Part shown: piece by piece, positions 7,501-12,194 of the stretch | How the letters are laid out: every line of letters begins with the position of its first letter | Numbering within the stretch: the stretch's first letter is position 1 | Origin: Abditibacteriaceae bacterium | Lineage (GTDB): Bacteria > Armatimonadota > Abditibacteriia > Abditibacteriales > Abditibacteriaceae | DNA length: 12,194 nucleotides | Assembly (NCBI GenBank): GCA_031372065.1 | Contig: JANMKN010000326.1 | Location: forward strand, 1 to 12,194 | Reading direction: 5' to 3' | Made by a program: the position numbers and the translations under genes | Notes under the pieces: generated by a model | What the model saw: only the letters and a program-made list of their open reading frames with translations | The model's database searches: none | Told to the model about the DNA's origin: nothing

Positions 7501-9209
7501 GCGCCAAGCCGGGCGAAGGCGGTCAGTTGCCGGGCAGCAAAGTTTATCCGTGGATCGCCAAAGTGCGCGGCGCGACGCCGGGCGTCGGCCTGATTTCTCC
7601 GCCACCGCATCACGATATTTATTCGATTGAAGACCTCGCGGAACTGATTCACGATCTGAAAAATTCCAACACCAAAGCACGCGTTAGCGTGAAGTTGGTG
7701 TCGGAAGTGGGCGTCGGCACTATTGCGGCGGGCGTTGCCAAAGCCAAAGCCGATGTGGTTCTCATTTCTGGCTACGAAGGCGGCACAGGCGCCTCACCAC
7801 AATCGAGCATCTGGCACGCCGGTTTGCCGTGGGAATTGGGCCTTGCCGAAACGCATCAAACGCTGCTCCTCAACGATTTGCGCTCGCGTATTGCTGTTGA
7901 AACCGACGGCAAACTCATGACGGGCCGCGATGTGGCAGTGGCGGCGCTGCTCGGCGCAGAGGAATTTGGTTTTGCCACCGCGCCGTTGGTGGTTTTGGGC
8001 TGCATTATGATGCGGGTTTGCCATTTGGACACTTGTCCGGTTGGCGTGGCGACGCAAAACCCAGAGCTTCGCAAGCTTTTCATGGGCGACCCCGATCACG
8101 TTGTCAACTTCATGAAATTCATCGCGCAGGATTTGCGCGAATACATGGCGAAACTCGGTTTTAAAACTATCAACGAAATGGTGGGCCGCACCGATAAATT
8201 AGAGCCGCGCAAAGCCCTCGAACACTTCGAAGGACGCGGTTTGGATTTGTCGGCGCTGCTTTACAAGCCCGAAGTCGGCGAAAATGTCGGCACATTTTGC
8301 CAGAAGCCGCAAGATCATGGCTTGGAGCGCACTTTAGACCAAAAAGAACTGCTGGGCGCCTGCAAAGCGGCCATCGAACGCGGCGAAAAAGTCGAATATG
8401 CGACGGAAGTGAAGAACGTCAATCGTGTCGTCGGCACGCAACTCGGCAGCGAAATCACCCGTCATCATGGGCCGGAAGGCTTGCCAGATGACACCATCAA
8501 AATCAAGTTCAGCGGCTCGGCAGGCCAGAGTTTCGGCGCGTTTATGCCCAAAGGCATTACCTTTGAACTCGAAGGCGACATCAACGATTATTTCGGCAAA
8601 GGTTTAAGTGGCGCGAAACTGATTGTTTATCCGCCCGCGCAAAGCACTTTCACGCCGGAAGACAACATTATCATCGGCAACGTGGCCTTTTATGGCGCGA
8701 CGGCTGGCGAAGCCTACATTAGCGGCATGGCGGGCGAACGTTTTTGCGTGCGCAATTCGGGCGTGAACGCAGTTGTCGAAGCGGTTGGCGATCATGGCTG
8801 CGAATATATGACCGGCGGGCGCGTTGTTGTGCTGGGAAAAACCGGACGCAACTTCGCGGCAGGCATGAGCGGCGGCATCGCTTATGTGCTGGACGAAAGC
8901 GGCGATTTTCCGGCTCACGTCAACAAAGAAATGGTCGCACTTGAACCGCTGGAAGATGTCGAAGAAGTGTTAGCAGTGCGCGCCCAAATTGGGCGCCATG
9001 TAGATTATACAAGCAGCAAGCGCGGCCAATATGTGCTGGACAACTGGGACACCCTTGTCGCGAAGTTTGTTAAAGTGATGCCCATTGACTTCAAGCGCGC
9101 CATGGAAGCCATGAAGCGCATCGAAGCACAAGGTTTAAGCGGCGACGAAGCTGTCATGGCCGCCTTTGAAGAAAACAAAAAAGACCCGTCCCGCGTGGGT
9201 GGAAGCTAA
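4587..9209 (+). CDS. gltB: Glutamate synthase large subunit
   Basis: EHDACGIG (Ntn amidotransferase Cys), [50 protein letters not shown], [3Fe-4S] motif [15 protein letters not shown] and C-terminal GXGXG beta-helix. RBS AAAGGTGA at 4575-4582 supports ATG 4587 (1540 aa) over the 4350 start in the ORF track. Confidence 0.98.
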   Translation: MTFPTTKKGVPARQGLYDPRHEHDACGIGAVVHIKGAKSHSIVRQGLQILVNLDHRGARGAEVCTGDGAGILLQMPHDFFTSVVEGFTLPEIGAYGVGFLFLPKDDAQRAAQEQKLAAIIAEEGQIVLGWRTVPTNNADLGQSAIDAEPSMRQVFIGRSAQVFAKQESDALAFERKLYVIRKRAEHEIHYSKMPGGDDFYVPSLSAKTIVYKGMLTPDQVDSYFPDLSDERMVSALALVHSRFSTNTFPNWDRSHPYRYIIHNGEINTLRGNANWMFARQKQVASEVFGEDLEKLFPVIDTDSSDSGQFDNVLEFLYLGGRPLAQAVMMMIPEPWAKHEGMSAEKRAFYNYHASLMEPWDGPASIGFTDGTSLGAVLDRNGLRPSRFYVTSDDLVILASEAGVLDVDPAKVVQKGRLQPGRIFLVDTEAGRIIGDEEIKQKFASEYPYREWLEANLKKLEDLPPAENVPQPDHHTILQRQLAFGYTFEELQMIIGPMALNGIEPVGSMGNDAPLAILSRKPQLLSSYFKQLFAQVTNPPIDAIREEIITGTNLRLGAEGNLLKPTPESCRQIEVENPFLSNEELAKLRDYSAPGFQSVTLPILFDPRTDGDGLEKALDDLFAQADKAIEDGATILILSDRGVDEKRAPIPSLLASAGLHHHLIRQGTRTKIGLVLESGEPRDVHQFATLIGYGVSAINPYLAFETLDDMIRSEMLKGIKHEYAVEKFKKAAVKGVVKTMAKMGISTIQSYCGAQIFEAVGLSSALIDKYFTWTSSRVEGIGLKEIAEEIRTRHERAYPPRDIEVDQTLDAGGQYQWRRHGEFHTFNPQTVHKLQQACRRGSYEAFKDYTRLLNEEATQANNLRGLLEFKFAENPISIDEVESVEEIVKRFKTGAMSYGSISGEAHEALAIAMNRLGGKSNTGEGGEDPARYFPEANGDSKNSAIKQVASGRFGVTSNYLVNAKELQIKMAQGAKPGEGGQLPGSKVYPWIAKVRGATPGVGLISPPPHHDIYSIEDLAELIHDLKNSNTKARVSVKLVSEVGVGTIAAGVAKAKADVVLISGYEGGTGASPQSSIWHAGLPWELGLAETHQTLLLNDLRSRIAVETDGKLMTGRDVAVAALLGAEEFGFATAPLVVLGCIMMRVCHLDTCPVGVATQNPELRKLFMGDPDHVVNFMKFIAQDLREYMAKLGFKTINEMVGRTDKLEPRKALEHFEGRGLDLSALLYKPEVGENVGTFCQKPQDHGLERTLDQKELLGACKAAIERGEKVEYATEVKNVNRVVGTQLGSEITRHHGPEGLPDDTIKIKFSGSAGQSFGAFMPKGITFELEGDINDYFGKGLSGAKLIVYPPAQSTFTPEDNIIIGNVAFYGATAGEAYISGMAGERFCVRNSGVNAVVEAVGDHGCEYMTGGRVVVLGKTGRNFAAGMSGGIAYVLDESGDFPAHVNKEMVALEPLEDVEEVLAVRAQIGRHVDYTSSKRGQYVLDNWDTLVAKFVKVMPIDFKRAMEAMKRIEAQGLSGDEAVMAAFEENKKDPSRVGGS

Positions 9210-9215
9210 ATCGCG

Positions 9216-9285
9216 GTGATGAGTGACGAGTGATGAGTGATGAGCAGTAAGAATCACTCGTCACTCTTCATTCGTCACTCGTCAC
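9216..9285. repeat. Inverted heptamer tandem repeats forming a 28-bp hairpin between gltB and gltD
   Basis: 4x GTGAYGA (9216-9243), then 4x TCGTCAC-like (9258-9285). On the + strand the stem has 3 G-U pairs and 1 mismatch. Confidence 0.9.
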
Positions 9286-9295
9286 TGGAGTGATT

Positions 9296-10777
9296 ATGGG
9301 AAAGCCCACTGGCTTTTTAGAATATCAGCGGCAATTGCCCGAAGATCGTGACCCGCAAAAGCGGGTCGGCGATTGGTTTGAATTTCACGAGCATCTTTCG
9401 GAAGAAACGATGCGCGATCAAGGCGCGCGCTGCATGAACTGCGGCGTGCCATTTTGTCACACCGGCACGCTAATTAACAACATGGCGTCCGGTTGCCCGA
9501 TTAACAACCTCATTCCCGAATGGAATGATTTGGTTTATCGCGGCCTGTGGAAAGAAGCCGCCGAGCGCTTATTCAAAACTAATAACTTCCCGGAATTTAC
9601 CGGACGTGTGTGCCCCGCGCCCTGCGAAGGCGCTTGCGTTTTGGGCATTCATTCGCCGCCAGTTACCATTAAAAATATCGAATGCGAAATCGCTGACCGC
9701 GCCTATGAAAACGATTGGGTAGATGGCAAACCGCGCAAGCGCACGGGCAAAAAAGTCGCGGTTGTTGGCAGCGGCCCATCGGGTTTGGCGTGCGCCGATC
9801 AATTGAACAAAGCCGGTCACTCCGTTACCGTTTTCGAGCGCGCCGACCGCATTGGCGGGCTGCTCATGTATGGCATTCCCAACATGAAATTGGACAAGCG
9901 TATTGTGCAGTCACGCGTGGACATGATGGCCGAAAACGGTGTGGCATTCGTCACGAATTGCGAAATCGGCAAAGATAAAACCGCCACGGAATTGCAAAAC
10001 GAATTCGACGCCGTTGTCATTTGCACCGGCGCCACCAAAGCGCGCGATTTAACTATCGAAGGCCGCGAAGCCAAAGGCATCCATTACGCGATGGATTTCC
10101 TGCGCGCCAACACCAAATCGCTGCTCGATTCCAAGCACGAAGATAAGAATTACATCTCGGCCAAAGACAAAGACGTGATCGTCATCGGCGGCGGCGATAC
10201 CGGCACCGACTGCTGTGGAACTTCACTGCGTCACGGCTGCCGCAGCCTTGTGCAATTTGAAATCATGCCGCAACTGCCGGGCGAACGCGCCGGTGACAAT
10301 CCGTGGCCGCAATGGCCGCGCATTCATCGCGTGGATTACGGTCAGGAAGAAGCCATCGCGCTTTACGGCGCCGACCCGCGCCGCTACGCCATCATGACCA
10401 AGCGCTTCGTGTCGGACGAAGACGGCAATTTGAAAGAATTGCACACCGTTCAAATCGAGTGGCAGAAAAACGAAAAAGGCGCCTTCGTGCCGGTCGAAAA
10501 AGCCGGAACGGAAAAAGTCTGGCCCGCGCAATTAGTCCTCATCGCGATGGGCTTTTTAGGCCCCGAAGACATCGTTTTGGAGCAACTCGGCATCGAACGC
10601 GACCCACGCAGCAACGCCAAAGCCGAACACGAAAAATACACCACCAATGCCGAAGGCATCTTCGCCGCCGGTGACTGCCGTCGCGGTCAAAGCCTCGTCG
10701 TGTGGGCCATCAACGAAGGCCGTGGCGCCGCCCGCGAATGCGACCGCTTCCTCATGGGCGAAACCCAATTGCCGTAG
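9296..10777 (+). CDS. gltD: Glutamate synthase small subunit (probably NADH-type)
   Basis: N-terminus [10 protein letters not shown], Fe-S motifs CMNCGVPFC and [15 protein letters not shown] motif VVGSGPSG, nucleotide motif [10 protein letters not shown] followed by acidic VQFEI, and [25 protein letters not shown] at 9287-9290 supports ATG 9296. Confidence 0.98.
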   Translation: MGKPTGFLEYQRQLPEDRDPQKRVGDWFEFHEHLSEETMRDQGARCMNCGVPFCHTGTLINNMASGCPINNLIPEWNDLVYRGLWKEAAERLFKTNNFPEFTGRVCPAPCEGACVLGIHSPPVTIKNIECEIADRAYENDWVDGKPRKRTGKKVAVVGSGPSGLACADQLNKAGHSVTVFERADRIGGLLMYGIPNMKLDKRIVQSRVDMMAENGVAFVTNCEIGKDKTATELQNEFDAVVICTGATKARDLTIEGREAKGIHYAMDFLRANTKSLLDSKHEDKNYISAKDKDVIVIGGGDTGTDCCGTSLRHGCRSLVQFEIMPQLPGERAGDNPWPQWPRIHRVDYGQEEAIALYGADPRRYAIMTKRFVSDEDGNLKELHTVQIEWQKNEKGAFVPVEKAGTEKVWPAQLVLIAMGFLGPEDIVLEQLGIERDPRSNAKAEHEKYTTNAEGIFAAGDCRRGQSLVVWAINEGRGAARECDRFLMGETQLP

Positions 10778-10796
10778 ATTTCTTACTTCATAAACC

Positions 10797-10836
10797 AAAA
10801 TCGCCACGCCTGAAATTTTCAGGCGCGGCGATTTTT
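10797..10836. terminator. Bidirectional intrinsic terminator between convergent genes
   Basis: AAAATCGCC-A-CGCCTGAA, ATT loop, TTCAGGCG-C-GGCGATTTTT. A run on the left and T run on the right, between the gltD stop (10777) and the convergent stop (10840). Confidence 0.85.
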
Positions 10837-10839
10837 CTC

Positions 10840-11397
10840 TTATGGAATACGCCAGAGTTCGTCACAGGCGCTGGTAAGTGATGGAGGGCAGTCAGCGGGC
10901 AAAGGTTCGCGCGGCCAAGTGAGGTTCGCAAAACGTGCTGGGGCTTCATTTATCTCAGTTTGCGAGCAACGTGATTTGTAGTCGGTTTTTTCATCTACAC
11001 TGTTGCCTGCAAGATAATGAATCCACGTTTCAATGTTGCGGCGCGGGATAACAAAAAAGATTGGTTCGTCGTGGCGTCGGGCTGGTTTATCTGCTTCGAC
11101 TAATTTAGCATCTAAAACCGCAATACGCTCGGCCACTGTTAAATTATCGGCATCAGCTACGACAACGAGAACACCTGAGCGGCGTGAAAGGATAGCACGC
11201 AAACCTTCGACTTCCTTCGCATAATCTTCATAAAGTCGCGTTAAACCGCCTGTCCTACTGTCAGATTCATTGCTGCGCCTTTTGTATTCAATGCGAATTT
11301 GATGATGTGAATAGCCCCGTTTTCTAAGGTGCTTCCACAGTAAAGTTTGTTGGTTAACATCTTCAACGATGCCTACGACTATTGCAGGTCGGTTCAC
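10840..11397 (-). CDS. TOPRIM-like protein (DUF4276/RloB/DUF4435-like), partner of the adjacent ATPase
   Basis: 185 aa from GTG 11397, overlapping the ATPase TGA (GTGA). Strand-acidic motif IVVGIVED, DxD motif VLVVVADAD and IPRRNIETW match TOPRIM-fold partners of AAA_15/AAA_21 ATPases. The exact family cannot be fixed without an HMM search. Confidence 0.7.
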   Translation of the reverse strand: MNRPAIVVGIVEDVNQQTLLWKHLRKRGYSHHQIRIEYKRRSNESDSRTGGLTRLYEDYAKEVEGLRAILSRRSGVLVVVADADNLTVAERIAVLDAKLVEADKPARRHDEPIFFVIPRRNIETWIHYLAGNSVDEKTDYKSRCSQTEINEAPARFANLTWPREPLPADCPPSLTSACDELWRIP

Positions 11398-12194
11398 GAT
11401 TCCCAACCCCGCGCCATAATTTCCGCCGGAGCCAACGGCGAATTGCCTTGCTCCCACGATTTAATGCGCACTGGCCCGCCCGCGTCGCGCTCGAAAACCA
11501 CGCCATTTTCCGGCGCTAACATATTGATGAATTCGGGATGATGCGAAATCAAAATCACTTGCCCGCCTTTTTCTTCGAGGCGCTCTTGCAACAACATCAG
11601 CCACGGCTGCAATTCGCGCAAAGCGATGTAGTTTTCCGGCTCATCAATCACCAAAGTCACGCCTTCTTCCAAAGTGCAAAAAAGCAACGTATAAAGCCCG
11701 ATTAAAGCGCGTTGACCATCGGAAAGTTCGTCGAAGCTGTAGCGTAAGGGGCTTTTTGATACGCCGTTCTGATTCGTGCGACGACAATTAATTTGTAAAT
11801 CGCGGCGTGCTTCCTCGAAATCTTCCGAAACTGCAAAAGAATCGAAGTTTGTAATTACTTCACGCAACAGTGGCAACAACTCAAAAATCTGACCTTGCTT
11901 TTGCTGCAAAAGATAAAGGTAATAGGAAGCAAATTCAGATAAATCAAAGTTAGAACGCTTAATAGCGCGCTTGACTTGAGAGGTCATTAAAGGCGAATTT
12001 ATTTTGATATAATGGAAGCCTTGTAGATACTCCGCATATCTTGTTCTTTCAAATGCACTGTGGTTGTTATTACCTAAAGAGTATTCGCCATCAATGTCTA
12101 ATCCTTGAATAGCGCGGACTCCATTCTGGTGCTGTTCCTCGCTATCTGGATCAAAATCGATCCATCGCACCGTCATGTCGCGATCGGCGGCGAC
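11394..12194 (-). CDS. ABC/SMC-superfamily AAA_21/AAA_15-type ATPase, C-terminal part (5' end outside window)
   Basis: Signature-like ELSDGQRAL, Walker B/D-loop LVIDEPENYI, H-loop VILISHHPEFIN. The frame stays open from 12176 to the window edge (VAADRD) and no Walker A is visible, so the gene starts beyond 12194. Confidence 0.88.
   Translation of the reverse strand, partial: VAADRDMTVRWIDFDPDSEEQHQNGVRAIQGLDIDGEYSLGNNNHSAFERTRYAEYLQGFHYIKINSPLMTSQVKRAIKRSNFDLSEFASYYLYLLQQKQGQIFELLPLLREVITNFDSFAVSEDFEEARRDLQINCRRTNQNGVSKSPLRYSFDELSDGQRALIGLYTLLFCTLEEGVTLVIDEPENYIALRELQPWLMLLQERLEEKGGQVILISHHPEFINMLAPENGVVFERDAGGPVRIKSWEQGNSPLAPAEIMARGWES

Noticed and set aside
11398..11457. Start of the TOPRIM-like gene at 11457
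   Set aside because: It would overlap the ATPase by 64 nt. GTG 11397 gives a standard 4-nt coupling overlap and puts the VED motif at its usual N-terminal position.

Overview
Bacterial chromosomal window, mostly + strand. In order it holds: a small low-complexity protein with 5-residue [D/E]RRxx repeats (235-738), a GAF + HD-GYP cyclic-dinucleotide phosphodiesterase (~911-2644), a non-coding 21-bp tandem repeat array that folds back as a long inverted repeat (2679-2909), a YihY/BrkB membrane protein (3152-4225) and the glutamate synthase operon gltB-gltD (4587-10777). gltB has a near-consensus sigma70 promoter and a ~220-nt structured leader with mutually exclusive terminator and antiterminator pairings, a candidate unrecognised riboswitch or attenuator. 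A heptamer-repeat hairpin sits between gltB and gltD. Beyond a bidirectional terminator is a convergent, translationally coupled pair: an ABC/AAA ATPase (cut by the window edge) and a TOPRIM-like protein, resembling split-OLD/PARIS/RloAB-type defence modules. The best leads are the gltB leader RNA, the DRR-repeat protein beside the HD-GYP enzyme, the 21-bp foldback array and the ATPase-TOPRIM pair. All calls come from reading motifs by eye; no database searches were run.
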